A stretch of 64,000 bases of DNA from an uncultured Candidatus Bathyarchaeia archaeon (GTDB taxonomy: Archaea > Thermoproteota > Bathyarchaeia > Bathyarchaeales > Bathycorpusculaceae): contig CAZEPB010000002.1 of NCBI GenBank assembly GCA_964514055.1, forward strand, positions 40,797-104,796, written 5' to 3'. Positions 18,463 through 29,382 of the stretch are shown here, one piece after another. Below the pieces are notes generated by a model, which was given only the letters and a program-made list of their open reading frames with translations, made no database searches and was not told where the DNA came from. Within the stretch, counting starts at the first letter, position 1. Each line of letters starts with the position of its first letter. A program made the translations under genes and the position numbers.

Positions 18463-18503
18463 TATGCGTGGAAAAGACTATAGCCCCCTGTATATAAAGG
18501 CTG
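18463..18503 (-). promoter_or_regulatory. extended promoter element, variant 1 (copy upstream of MazG-like gene)
   Basis: The minus-strand reading is cagcctttatatacagggggctatagtcttttccacgc. The TATA is about 70 nt upstream of the 18422 start, and aaggag lies before the ATG. Confidence 0.55.
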
Positions 18504-18529
18504 AAATGTTGAGGGTCAGTGTTAGTTTT

Positions 18530-19225
18530 TTATTTTTGTGCCACTATCATAGCGTGTGCTTTGTCGTAGGGTTCTAAGCGTATGATTTCTTTGACTTTGA
18601 AGCCGCGTTTCCTGAGGACTTTGGCTTCTTGCTTGTAAACTGCGGCTGGGTCTTTGGTCACGTCGATGCTTTGCGCTTTCACAGCCAGCATGACCCAACC
18701 TGATGGCTTAAGGAGGACATCGGCGTTGTCCGCTAAGACTTTGGCTTGTTCAGGCTGAGCTATGTCACAGTAGATGCAATCCACTTTTCTAGGGATGAAC
18801 AGGGCGTATTTTTCTGGAAATCGTGCATCCTCAAGAAACGGCGACATGTTAGACCTGTACGCCGCCACGTTGTTGACTAAATCCCGGATTGATCTTGAGG
18901 CGAATTCGACGCAGTAAACGTGGCCTTTTTCGCCGACGATATCTGAAACGTGGCTCGGCGTGGTTCCAGACGCAGCACCCAAGTAAAGAACCTGATAGCC
19001 TGGCGCTATGGGCACTGTCTTCACGCCTTTAATGATGGAGGCTGCCAGCTTGCTCCTGAAAGCATCCCAAACACGGTATTCAACCTTCTTAAAACGAATG
19101 AGCCTCTCGCCGTAAACCGTTCTGCCTGGCGCCAAGTTTCGTGTGGCTAACCTCTGCGCACCGTCTTCCAATGTGACTTGGTAGATTTCCGCGAACTGTG
19201 GGTGAGGCTTAACCTTTGCGTGCAC
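18530..19225 (-). CDS. flpA: fibrillarin-like rRNA/tRNA 2'-O-methyltransferase
   Basis: SAM-MTase motifs (VLYLGAASGTTPSHVSD). The ORF is open to 19372, but that extension is the alternate frame of the Nop5 tail. A GTG at 19225 gives about 232 aa and a 17-nt overlap with the nop5 stop. Confidence 0.88.
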   Translation of the reverse strand: MHAKVKPHPQFAEIYQVTLEDGAQRLATRNLAPGRTVYGERLIRFKKVEYRVWDAFRSKLAASIIKGVKTVPIAPGYQVLYLGAASGTTPSHVSDIVGEKGHVYCVEFASRSIRDLVNNVAAYRSNMSPFLEDARFPEKYALFIPRKVDCIYCDIAQPEQAKVLADNADVLLKPSGWVMLAVKAQSIDVTKDPAAVYKQEAKVLRKRGFKVKEIIRLEPYDKAHAMIVAQK

Positions 19226-20477
19226 GCCTGTTCTTTCTCCGCTTCTTGTCTCGCCGCCGTTGGTCCCTGCGTCCTGGTCTCTGTTCTCTCCTTTCGGGTC
19301 TCGACGGTTTCTCTTTCGGTGGTGGCGGCTCCTTGTACTTCTCGCGAATCTCCGCAAGTCTCTTATCCACATCTGCTTTCAAAGCGTCCCCGATATACCT
19401 GCCTCCTCCAAAAGCGTCAGCCCGCGCGGCAATGGCTAATTTTCCAGCTAAGACTCTGGCGATTTTGCCTCTCTGCCACCGTTTAGCGTCATGCAACAAC
19501 GCGTGCTGAAAGATTAACCCGTGCTTAGGCGGTCTCGCTCCCGTTTTCAACGAGCGAAACAGGGCTTTCTCCGCACCTAAAACTTGAATCGTGCTGGCGG
19601 GTTTCATAGCCAAATTTTGCAAGCTTCCTGCCACAGCGATTAAGCGTGCGCCTAGAAGCGCGCCAGCTACTGCTCGGGTGTTAGGCGCCACTTCTTCCAT
19701 GGTTTTGTCCACGTAGTTTTCCATGTTTTTTCGCAGTTCGTAAAGTTCCAGCACGTTCTTGCTTAAGGCTTGAATTTCCGCCAAGTCTTGTTCTGCCATG
19801 TCCGCGCCCATGGACTTTTCAGCCATCTTCGCGGTGTTCTCAGCCTTCTCTTTCGGAATAGCCTCTTTCTCGAGGGCTTCAAACGAAAAAACATCTCTAT
19901 AGCCTAAGTTCATGACAAGACGCGCGTAAGTCTCGTGCTTCTCGATTAACCTGTCAAGCTCGGGAAAGTGGATGCCATACCATTCTCTGAGGCGACCCAT
20001 GAAAAGGTTCACGGTTCTGTCCAAATCGTCAAGAGTCTGAATCGCCTGAGCAATTATCAAATCTCTCTTTTCGGAAGCGCCTTTTATTCTCAGTTTGGTG
20101 AGTTCCATGCTGACGTTACGATTCCAGATGCTGAGTTCTTTTGCGTCTTTAACGAAACCTGTTTCAGTCGCAATTTGTTCCATGCGAGTGCGGAGTGTCT
20201 CAGCGTCGGCAGGCTTCGAAACTTCCGCTTTGACGTTCAGCCTTTTTTGTGCTTCGTTGGCTAAGTTTGCGTTTTCGAAAGCAAATACGTCATAGCCTGC
20301 GTTCTGAAGCAGGGTAATCAAAGAGGTGACTTCGTTAGAAATTTTCCCAGACTCAGCGTTCATTATTTTTTTGGCGACTGCCTGCGGCTTTTTCGGAAAA
20401 AGCACTTTCTCTACCAAGTTGTTTTGCTCGCCAAAAGCCACAACTCCGAAAGTAAATTGAATTATCGTTGCCTTCAT
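19209..20477 (-). CDS. nop5: C/D box sRNP protein Nop5 (Nop56/58)
   Basis: 422 aa. Nop domain (..GARLIAVAGSLQNLAMKPASTIQVLGAEKALFR..), a basic KKE/R-rich tail, and the classical nop5-flpA operon order. Confidence 0.9.
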   Translation of the reverse strand: MKATIIQFTFGVVAFGEQNNLVEKVLFPKKPQAVAKKIMNAESGKISNEVTSLITLLQNAGYDVFAFENANLANEAQKRLNVKAEVSKPADAETLRTRMEQIATETGFVKDAKELSIWNRNVSMELTKLRIKGASEKRDLIIAQAIQTLDDLDRTVNLFMGRLREWYGIHFPELDRLIEKHETYARLVMNLGYRDVFSFEALEKEAIPKEKAENTAKMAEKSMGADMAEQDLAEIQALSKNVLELYELRKNMENYVDKTMEEVAPNTRAVAGALLGARLIAVAGSLQNLAMKPASTIQVLGAEKALFRSLKTGARPPKHGLIFQHALLHDAKRWQRGKIARVLAGKLAIAARADAFGGGRYIGDALKADVDKRLAEIREKYKEPPPPKEKPSRPERREQRPGRRDQRRRDKKRRKNRRARKG

Positions 20478-20742
20478 AGCATAAGCCTCGTTACAAGCTA
20501 ACTATTGCATGGTGCCGTCTTAATAAATAGTTGTTGCCGCAATAGCATATTTGGATTCTAATAGAAATACGATGCAGAAGCTATAGAGGGGTCTATCCAG
20601 AATAGGTAGAGGATAGGTCTGCTATTGGCGCTGAAACCGCCCAAAACTATGTTAAAAATTATATAAAATCCTCAACCCGCGCTAAATAATTGCATGTGCG
20701 AATCTGTACCTAAAGTTTAAACTTTGGCTCTGGTAATTAGGT

Positions 20743-22983
20743 ATGCTGTTTGAGGGAGGGGAAGCCATCGTGGTGAATCGTCCGCGTCGTGCACGCGGCG
20801 CAAAAGTGTTAAAAGCCGTTTCGTCACCTATCAGGCTGCAAATCCTGAACTTGGTTTTCGACAAGGGCGCCCTCTCCTACACCGAGTTGATGAACTCGTT
20901 AAAGATGAACCCCAGCAGAGACGCGGGACGCTTCGCTTACCACCTCAAGTTTTTGCTAAAAGCAGACTTACTTGAAGCCGACGCTGATACTAAAAAGTAC
21001 GGTTTGACCGATTTGGGCAAAATGGTGCTTGACGTTGCGGACCGCGTTGAAAAGAAAGCCTTCAAACCAAGAGGCATGCTTGTTCGCACCTCACACTTCA
21101 CGCTGGAAGAGTTTGACGCCAACAAAATAGCGAACTCGCTTATAAAAGAAGCCAAAGTGCCCCCTGAACTCGCGAAGAAAGCAGCTAAAGAAGCGGAAAA
21201 ACGCCTGCGCAATTCGAAAACGAAGTACCTGACAGCTCCACTGGTCAGAGAAGTTGTAAATGCCATTCTGGTTGAGAAAGGATTTGAGGATTATCGTCAC
21301 AAGCTCACGCGGTTGGGCATGCCCGTTCATGAAGTAACCGCCCTAGTAGACGCCAAAAACCGTGTTCGAGATTCAACCACCATCCTTTCGAAAGCGGGAA
21401 AAACAGTTTTAGGAGAATACACGCTTCTGAACGTTTTTCCCAGAGACATCGCCGACGCACACGTGTCTGGCGCCATTCACGTGAAAGGCTTAGGAACGTG
21501 GATACTTAAGCCAAACGAAGTAATACATGATTTGCGATTTTTCTTTCAACATGGTCTCAAACGGGCGAGTCCCCTTAAACTTTCGGCGGAGCCTCCTCAA
21601 AGCTTTGAATCCGCATTGTCCATCGTCTTTAACGTTCTCTTGCACGCCAGCCGAGAAACAGACGAAACGCAAACTTGCCCGTACTTCAACGTTTTCCTTG
21701 CTCCCTTCATAAAAGACGCTGACACCGCAGAAATAAAGGAAAACCTACGCCTATTCATCTTGAACATAAATCAACACGCAGACACGGCTCTAGGGCTGGA
21801 GCCTTCAATCCCCAAATTCGTGGCGGAAAAAGCAGCCTTTGGACCTGGAGGAAAAACATGCGGCAAATACGGAGACTTTGCAGAAGAAAGCCGATTGTTA
21901 GCGTCGCTTATCATCAATGTATTCGCAGAAGAAAGCCTTCAAAAACCGTTGCTTAACCCGAAACTTGTTCTTAAAGTCAACAAAGAAACGTTAGCGGATG
22001 GAAACGCAAAAACGCTTTTGTTGAAGGCTCACAAGTTGGCGGCGGAGAGGGGAATAGTATATTTTGCCAATGCGCTGCAAAAGGGAGAGAAAAACGCGGT
22101 TTTTTCTGCTTCAGGATGCAAGCTTGAGGCGGATTTAACTGAGGACTGGGAAACGGACACCTTACGAACAGGGTGTCTTGGAGTGGTAACGGTTAATCTG
22201 CCTCGAATCGTCCATGAAAGCAAGAAAGACAAGAACAAGTTTTTCGAAATTTTAAAGGAACGATGCGAGCTGGCAGCCCGAGCCTTAAAAATCAAATACC
22301 GCGGACTCAGACAACACGGAAAAAGCGCGCTCCCGTTCATAACGCAACGCTCGAACGGTGATAAGTATTTCAGGCTTGAAAACTGTTCCCGCATAATAAA
22401 CCTTGCAGGATTCAGAGAGGCTGTGGAAGCCTTCTGCGAGAAAAATATAAGCCATGAAGAAAGCCTGAAGTTTGCGGAGGAACTGGTTCAGAACCTGTTA
22501 GCGTTTAAACGTAAATTCAGCCGAAGATATGGAAAGCGATTGTTTCCTACGGTGTTGCGGAGCTTTGAAGCGTCTGTGCGACTGGCACAATTAGACGTTG
22601 AAAAGTACGGCGTCGCAAAAGTGAAGTTTTCAGGAACCAGAGAGAAACCCTTCTATTCAACTACAAAGCGGTTGAGTCTCCAAGTCGACAATTTTCCCTA
22701 CATTCCATCTGAATCGCTGGAAATTGAACAAAAACTTAAGGGTCTAAACATCGGAGGAGGCTTAAGCATAATAGAACTGAAAAACGAGACTTACAAGCCA
22801 GAGGACCTCATGAAATTCACAGAGCGCACGGTTGAGAATAAGTCTTTAGAATTTTTCACCTATAACCGCATAACCACGTACTGCGATAACTGCAAGAAAA
22901 GCTGGTTCGGCGTCTTGCACAAATGTCCTTCTTGCGGCTCTATGAGCACTCTGACAACGTTTGACAGATTCGTCTCCACTTGA
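20743..22983 (+). CDS. ArsR-type wHTH + ATP-cone + class III ribonucleotide reductase (NrdD)-like protein lacking the glycyl-radical glycine
   Basis: 746 aa. The N-terminal IRLQILNLV...YTEL...L is a wHTH, and the FDANKIANSLIKEA region is ATP-cone-like. GCLGVVTVNLPRI is NrdD-like. The C-terminal CDNC..CPSCG zinc ribbon is followed by DRFVST-stop where NrdD has RVCGY. Confidence 0.7.
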   Translation: MLFEGGEAIVVNRPRRARGAKVLKAVSSPIRLQILNLVFDKGALSYTELMNSLKMNPSRDAGRFAYHLKFLLKADLLEADADTKKYGLTDLGKMVLDVADRVEKKAFKPRGMLVRTSHFTLEEFDANKIANSLIKEAKVPPELAKKAAKEAEKRLRNSKTKYLTAPLVREVVNAILVEKGFEDYRHKLTRLGMPVHEVTALVDAKNRVRDSTTILSKAGKTVLGEYTLLNVFPRDIADAHVSGAIHVKGLGTWILKPNEVIHDLRFFFQHGLKRASPLKLSAEPPQSFESALSIVFNVLLHASRETDETQTCPYFNVFLAPFIKDADTAEIKENLRLFILNINQHADTALGLEPSIPKFVAEKAAFGPGGKTCGKYGDFAEESRLLASLIINVFAEESLQKPLLNPKLVLKVNKETLADGNAKTLLLKAHKLAAERGIVYFANALQKGEKNAVFSASGCKLEADLTEDWETDTLRTGCLGVVTVNLPRIVHESKKDKNKFFEILKERCELAARALKIKYRGLRQHGKSALPFITQRSNGDKYFRLENCSRIINLAGFREAVEAFCEKNISHEESLKFAEELVQNLLAFKRKFSRRYGKRLFPTVLRSFEASVRLAQLDVEKYGVAKVKFSGTREKPFYSTTKRLSLQVDNFPYIPSESLEIEQKLKGLNIGGGLSIIELKNETYKPEDLMKFTERTVENKSLEFFTYNRITTYCDNCKKSWFGVLHKCPSCGSMSTLTTFDRFVST

Positions 22984-22989
22984 CTTGGC

Positions 22990-23934
<945 letters not shown>

Positions 23935-24020
23935 TTAACTGCTAAATAACACTTTTTATGCGAGGAAAATTCTGCTTAAAAGAAAAGTTCATTGCATGTT
24001 GTTTCGAGGAACTTTTGTGC

Positions 24021-24058
24021 TCACGGAGAACTACCCCCTCCCTTTTATATACTTGAAC
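24021..24058 (-). promoter_or_regulatory. extended promoter element, variant 2 (copy upstream of pyrB)
   Basis: The minus-strand reading is caagtatataaaagggagggggtagttctccgtga. The TATA is about 120 nt upstream of the pyrB start. Confidence 0.45.
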
Positions 24059-24171
24059 TTCTCGTTAGAAATGCAGGGGCATGAGATAAACTGTTTTTGT
24101 TGGAAAGGGGCGAAACATATATTTCTGTTTGTGCACGCTAAATTTTTGGAATTGAACAGGGGCACGCTTCG

Positions 24172-24699
24172 ATGGCAGAGGAACAAAAAGAGCAGCAGGT
24201 TGACCTTAAACAACAGTTGGAAATGGAAAAAAAGCGTTCAGAAGAATACCTGACGCGTCTGAAGTATGTGCAAGCAGACTTCGAGAATTTGAAGAAGCGT
24301 TCTGACCGCCAAATGGAAGAAGCCAAGAAGTACTGCACTGAACGCTTAGTTATCCAGTTGTTGGATGTTCAGGACGAGTTAGAAATGGCCCTCAAGACCG
24401 CACAATCAGCTGATTCTGCCCAACCGTTAATTGAGGGCGTTAAAATGACGCTTAAGAAACTCAGAAAAGTTCTTGAGCAAGAAGGCGTGTCTCCCATAGA
24501 GTGCGAGGTGGGCAAGGTTTTTAACCCTGCGTGCCATCACGCTGTTTCTGCGGCAGAACGTGACGATGTTGAAGCATGCGTTGTGACCGAAGAAGTGAGA
24601 AAAGGCTATATCATGAACGATAAAGTGATTAGACCCAGCATCGTCAAAGTCGCAGTCAAGTCATCAAAATCACAAAAGGTGAAAGAAAAAAATGAGTAA
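24172..24699 (+). CDS. grpE: nucleotide exchange factor GrpE
   Basis: 175 aa. YLRL.A.FEN.KKR coiled-coil signature and a C-terminal beta domain. An 8-nt overlap with dnaK couples the two. Confidence 0.9.
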   Translation: MAEEQKEQQVDLKQQLEMEKKRSEEYLTRLKYVQADFENLKKRSDRQMEEAKKYCTERLVIQLLDVQDELEMALKTAQSADSAQPLIEGVKMTLKKLRKVLEQEGVSPIECEVGKVFNPACHHAVSAAERDDVEACVVTEEVRKGYIMNDKVIRPSIVKVAVKSSKSQKVKEKNE

Positions 24700-26572
24700 T
24701 ACAAAAACAGGTGAAAAAGTTTTAGGAATAGACTTGGGAACCACAAACTCGGCAGCCGCCATCTATGAAGGCGGACGCGCCACGGTAATCCCAAGCGCTG
24801 AAGGCCCAACCATGGCGGGAAAAATGTTCCCCTCAGTCGTAGCCTTCACAAAAGACGGGCAACTCATAATAGGCGAACCCGCAAAACGCCAAGCAACCGC
24901 CAACCCTGAAGGAACAATTTTTGAAATAAAACGGAAAATGGGAACGAACTACAAGGCAAACGTTTTTGGGAAAGAGTACACGCCGCAGCAGATTTCAGCG
25001 TTTATCCTGCAGAAAATCAAGAAAGACACGGAAACCTACTTGGGCGGCACAATGCGCAAAGCTGTCATAACCGTTCCAGCCCACTTTGATGACAACCAAC
25101 GCCAAGCCACGAAAGACGCTGGTGAAATCGCGGGTTTCGAGGTTATGCGCATAATCAATGAGCCCACTGCTGCGTGCCTCGCTTATGGCATAGATAAGCT
25201 GGAAAAAGAGATGAAGATACTGGTGTTCAGTTTCGGCGGTGGAACCCATGACGTTACGCTTATGGACTTCGGCAAAGGCGTGTTTCAGGTGCTCTCCACA
25301 AGCGGCGATACGCAGATAGGTGGAACCGACGTGGACAAGGCGTTAATGGATTACATATTGGACGAATTCAAAAGACAAACGAGCATAGACCTTACCAACG
25401 ACAAAAAGGCCACGGCGAGACTGAAAGAAGCATCGGAAAAAGCAAAGATAGAACTGTCCACTCTGATGAGCACAGACATTGATTTGCCTTTTATAGCATC
25501 TGACAGCTCAGGACCCAAGCATTTACATCTTACGGTGACAAGAACCAAACTTGAAAGTTTAGCGCAACCTATCGTTCAAAAAACCGAGAAAACCATAGTC
25601 AAAGCGCTTGAAGATGCCAAGTTGACGCCAACTGATGTAGACAAGATAATTCTCATCGGCGGCATGACTCGGATGCCACTTGTGCAAAAGTTTGTGGAGA
25701 AGATTTTAGGCAAAACTGTAGAGCGCGGTGTTGACCCCATGGAGTGCGTCGCTATAGGCGCTGCCATACAGGGCGGAGTTATAACAGGCGAAGTTACAGA
25801 CCTGCTCCTGCTGGATGTTACGCCGTTATCTCTTGGCGTGGAAACGTTAGGCGGCGTATTCACAAAGATAATTGAAAAGAACACCACAATTCCCACAAAA
25901 AGAACTCAAGTGTTCACAACCGCAGCAGACTTTCAAACAGCCGTAACAATCCATGTGCTTCAAGGCGAACGCACAATGGCAACAGACAACGTGTCCCTCG
26001 GAACGTTTAACCTCGTGGACCTGCCGCCAGCGCCAAGAGGAGTTCCACAGATAGAAGTCACCTTCGACATAGACGCCAACGGCATTCTTAACGTAACCGC
26101 CAAGGACTTAGGCACGGGAAAACAAGCAAAAATAACAATCACGGCATCCACGAAACTGTCACAAGAAGAGAAAGAACGCCTAACCAAAGAGGCTGAACAA
26201 TTCGCGGAGCAAGACAAAAAGAAACGCGAAGAAGTCGAACTGAGAAACAACGCTGATGGCTTACTCTACACTGCGGAGAGAACGAAGAAAGACTTGGCGG
26301 ACAAGCTGAATCAAGAACAAACGGGCAAGATAGACGCGGCGGTTTCAGCTCTGAAAGACGCATTAGCCAGCAACGACATGGCACAGGTAAAAACAAAGAC
26401 GGAAGAGCTCCAGAAAGTTTTACAAGAAGTCGGCACGGTGATTTATCAGCAGGCAGCGGCTGAACAAGCAAAACAGAAAGCCCAACCTGGGCAACAAAGC
26501 CAACAACCTCCACCTTCTGGAGAAGCGGGCGGCGAAAAAGTTGTTGACTCGAAAGATTACGAAGTGAAGTGA
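24692..26572 (+). CDS. dnaK: Hsp70 chaperone DnaK
   Basis: 626 aa. [15 protein letters not shown]-type ([10 protein letters not shown]) and [11 protein letters not shown] motifs. Confidence 0.95.
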   Translation: MSNTKTGEKVLGIDLGTTNSAAAIYEGGRATVIPSAEGPTMAGKMFPSVVAFTKDGQLIIGEPAKRQATANPEGTIFEIKRKMGTNYKANVFGKEYTPQQISAFILQKIKKDTETYLGGTMRKAVITVPAHFDDNQRQATKDAGEIAGFEVMRIINEPTAACLAYGIDKLEKEMKILVFSFGGGTHDVTLMDFGKGVFQVLSTSGDTQIGGTDVDKALMDYILDEFKRQTSIDLTNDKKATARLKEASEKAKIELSTLMSTDIDLPFIASDSSGPKHLHLTVTRTKLESLAQPIVQKTEKTIVKALEDAKLTPTDVDKIILIGGMTRMPLVQKFVEKILGKTVERGVDPMECVAIGAAIQGGVITGEVTDLLLLDVTPLSLGVETLGGVFTKIIEKNTTIPTKRTQVFTTAADFQTAVTIHVLQGERTMATDNVSLGTFNLVDLPPAPRGVPQIEVTFDIDANGILNVTAKDLGTGKQAKITITASTKLSQEEKERLTKEAEQFAEQDKKKREEVELRNNADGLLYTAERTKKDLADKLNQEQTGKIDAAVSALKDALASNDMAQVKTKTEELQKVLQEVGTVIYQQAAAEQAKQKAQPGQQSQQPPPSGEAGGEKVVDSKDYEVK

Positions 26573-26627
26573 GCATCCGAAAGAGTTTTGATTAGGAAGT
26601 TGCATTTCGAATTTAGCGGTAAAGCGC

Positions 26628-27752
26628 ATGGCTGAAAAAAGAGATTACTACGAAGTTCTCGGCGTATCTAAAAACGCTTCTAAAGGCGAAATCAAAGACG
26701 CCTACAGAAAACTAGCCATGCAGTATCATCCAGACAGGAACAAGGCTGCCGACGCAGAAGAGAAGTTCAAGGAAATCTCCGAAGCATACGCCGTTTTATC
26801 CGACGACCAAAAAAGACAACAGTACGATACGCTAGGACATGCGGGATTCGACCAGCGCTACACTTCGGAAGACATTTTCCGCGGCGCTGATTTTGAATCA
26901 ATATTCAGAGACATAGGCTTCGGCTTTGGCGACCTATTCCGCACTCTTTTTGGCGGCGGATTCGGCGGAGGCTTCAGAGAAAGAACCAACAGAGGCCAAG
27001 ACCTAGTCTACGACCTTGAATTGACGCTTGAAGAAGCTGCGAAAGGAACCGAGAAGGAAATCTTGGTGCCGAGAACCGAGAAGTGTGAAGTCTGCGGCGG
27101 GTCAGGCGCAAGCCCAGGCACTTCGCCCAAAACATGCCCAAAATGCAACGGTCAGGGCAGAGTCAGGAACATGAGACGAAGCAGCTTTGCCATGTACGTG
27201 CAAGTTACGCCTTGCTCTAACTGCAAAGGAAGAGGCACACTGATAGAATCGCCTTGCAAGAAATGCCACGGCACAGGACTTGTCAAAAAACGCCGAAAGA
27301 TAAGCGTGAAAATACCCGCAGGCATAGATGAGGGATACCAGCTTAGGCTCAGAGGCGAAGGCGGAATGGCGCCCAACGGAGGCGAACCCGGCGACCTCTA
27401 CGTTCTCGTTCACATAGCCCAGCACGAGTTGTTCATGCGAGAAGGAGACGACCTTTGGTACGTGCTGATAATTGGTTATCCTCAGGCAGCCCTTGGCTCA
27501 GAAGTCTCGGTGCCCACTTTGGAAGGGTCAACAAACGTGAAGATTAAGCCGGGAACGCAGGCAGGTGAGACCATTCGGTTGAAAGAGAAAGGCATGCCGC
27601 GTTTCAGGGGTTACGGCAAAGGCGACCTTTTGGTGCGCGTTGGAATTTCGGTTCCTGAGAAGTTGACTTCAAAGCAGCGAGAGCTTTTGGAGCAGCTGGC
27701 GGAAGAGTTCAATCAGGACGTTAAGCATAAGAAAAGTAGATTCGGCTTCTAG
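26628..27752 (+). CDS. dnaJ: Hsp40 co-chaperone DnaJ
   Basis: 374 aa. J domain with HPD (QYHPDRN), a G/F region, and four CxxCxGxG zinc repeats. Confidence 0.95.
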   Translation: MAEKRDYYEVLGVSKNASKGEIKDAYRKLAMQYHPDRNKAADAEEKFKEISEAYAVLSDDQKRQQYDTLGHAGFDQRYTSEDIFRGADFESIFRDIGFGFGDLFRTLFGGGFGGGFRERTNRGQDLVYDLELTLEEAAKGTEKEILVPRTEKCEVCGGSGASPGTSPKTCPKCNGQGRVRNMRRSSFAMYVQVTPCSNCKGRGTLIESPCKKCHGTGLVKKRRKISVKIPAGIDEGYQLRLRGEGGMAPNGGEPGDLYVLVHIAQHELFMREGDDLWYVLIIGYPQAALGSEVSVPTLEGSTNVKIKPGTQAGETIRLKEKGMPRFRGYGKGDLLVRVGISVPEKLTSKQRELLEQLAEEFNQDVKHKKSRFGF

Positions 27753-27852
27753 CCGCAAATTCAAACCCGTGTTAGCGTGTTAAGTTATCCAGCTAGGAAA
27801 AGATTTTAAATGGAATAGCATGCGAATATAATACAGCATAGGAAGTGAATGA

Positions 27853-28224
27853 ATGATCAACCTAGATTCGGCGATAGTAAACCTGATAATACAAATAATC
27901 GTCAACATCATCATTTTGGCACCAGTTCTTTGGATTTCAGGAAGACTCTTGGTAGGCAAAGATAAAGCGAAATTCATGGATGCACTCTGGATAGTCATTC
28001 TTGGAACCGTAATCGGCGGTATTTTTCAATATTTCTTTGCGGGTATTATTGCTGCTATTATAGTGCTGTTCATTTGGCTAGCTTTAGTGAAACACTTTTT
28101 CGACACAGGCTGGTTAAAGGCGTTTGCAATAGCTGTGGTAGCCATAATAATCTGGATAGTAATAGCTGTGATAATCGGGATAATAGTCGGAATAGCAATA
28201 ATCGGCGGCGGAATATTAGCCTAG
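27853..28224 (+). CDS. small polytopic membrane protein
   Basis: 123 aa, almost entirely hydrophobic, with 3-4 predicted TM helices. Confidence 0.45.
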   Translation: MINLDSAIVNLIIQIIVNIIILAPVLWISGRLLVGKDKAKFMDALWIVILGTVIGGIFQYFFAGIIAAIIVLFIWLALVKHFFDTGWLKAFAIAVVAIIIWIVIAVIIGIIVGIAIIGGGILA

Positions 28225-28302
28225 TACGAAACACCCAAAATCTCCTCTGTTTTTCTTTTATTTGAATACTGTAGCGCAAATTTTAGAGGATTCCAGAATT
28301 CG

Positions 28303-29238
28303 TTATTCAAATTCTATGGTTGAAGGCGGCTTATCCGTTATGTCGTAAAGGCACCTGACAACGCGCGGTATTTCACCTGTTATTCTCTCAGAAATGCGCA
28401 TCAACACTTCATAGGGAACTTGCCTAGCTTTGGCGGTCACCGCATCCTCTGAATCCACGATTCTAACAGTGATAATGTTCCCGTAGATCCTTTCTCCCTT
28501 TTTGATTCCAGTTGCCTTATCGTTGTGAAGCACCGCGAAGTTCTGAAAAGTCCCCAGTTCCTTGGTTTCTTCTTCCACGATTTCGGTGGCTTTCCGCACA
28601 ACCGCAACCTTCTCAGCGGTAACTTCACCAAGAACTCTCAGCGACAAAGCTGGACCTGGAAAAGGCATCCTTTCAGAGATTTCCTTCGGCAAACCTAATT
28701 CGCGAGCCACCTTGCGGACATCTGGCTTGAACAATTCCTTTAAGGGCTCAAGAATCTTGTAACCGTAAATCTCAGGGTCAATGCCAATCTGCTCCAAAAC
28801 GTTGTGCTGGGATTTTATGCCCTTCACGGTTTCGATAACGTCAGCCTTAATCGTTCCTTGCGCGATAAAAGCGATCTTCTCTTCCCGTGCGGCTTTGCCT
28901 AAGGTTTTGTAGAATTTGTCTCTGAAAGCCTTCCGCTTCTCTTCAGCGTCTGTCTTCCCCTTGAAAACAGCAAAGAACTCCTCTTTGGCGTCAACAAACT
29001 TGGTTTTGATACCCAAGCTCTTGAGCGTTTTCACTACAAACTCGGGTTCGCCTTCTCGCCTGAGACCATCATCTATGAAAACCGCCACAAGCTTGTCGCC
29101 TACAGCCTTGTGAACTAAGGCGGTCGTAACGGTGCTGTCCACACCGCCAGAACAGGCGGAGATTACACGGTTTTCACCAACAGTTTTTTGGATGTCTTGC
29201 AGGGAATTTTCAACGAACTTTTTAGCGTCAAACATCAC
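28303..29238 (-). CDS. guaA: GMP synthase subunit B (ATP pyrophosphatase subunit)
   Basis: 311 aa. SGGVDS PP-loop and a conserved C-terminal PPSTIEFE end. It lacks the glutamine amidotransferase domain, as in the archaeal split form. Confidence 0.85.
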   Translation of the reverse strand: MMFDAKKFVENSLQDIQKTVGENRVISACSGGVDSTVTTALVHKAVGDKLVAVFIDDGLRREGEPEFVVKTLKSLGIKTKFVDAKEEFFAVFKGKTDAEEKRKAFRDKFYKTLGKAAREEKIAFIAQGTIKADVIETVKGIKSQHNVLEQIGIDPEIYGYKILEPLKELFKPDVRKVARELGLPKEISERMPFPGPALSLRVLGEVTAEKVAVVRKATEIVEEETKELGTFQNFAVLHNDKATGIKKGERIYGNIITVRIVDSEDAVTAKARQVPYEVLMRISERITGEIPRVVRCLYDITDKPPSTIEFE

Positions 29239-29382
29239 TTTTCCTCCAAACCTTCAGTGTGCTAATCTAAGCTTTTCCCTTTTTAGCTTTGCCATAAACA
29301 CGCTTTACAGAACCAGCGCTGGCAAACTCAAGAAAAACTTTTGAGTGAAAGCTAAAAACTTGGAAAATAAGAAAAAGGAAGG

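Noticed and set aside
19226-19372. N-terminal 49-codon Arg-rich extension of the fibrillarin ORF (MWIRDLRRFARSTRSRHHRKRNRR...), which looks superficially like a GAR-type domain
   Set aside because: It is the alternate reading frame of the basic C-terminal tail of Nop5 on the same strand. A GTG at 19225 gives a normal-length fibrillarin with the usual short nop5-flpA overlap.
20581-20600. ctatagaggggtctat upstream of the NrdD-like gene, resembling part of the promoter element
   Set aside because: It lacks the adjacent TATA box and the element's order (TATA, G-run, CTATAG). It is probably a chance partial match.
24031-24338. Small ORFs 23996-24253 (+), 24031-24213 (-) and 24138-24338 (-) in or around the pyrB/grpE divergent region
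   Set aside because: They overlap the promoter elements or the grpE start and are Cys/Phe/Leu-rich and low-complexity. There is no support as genes.
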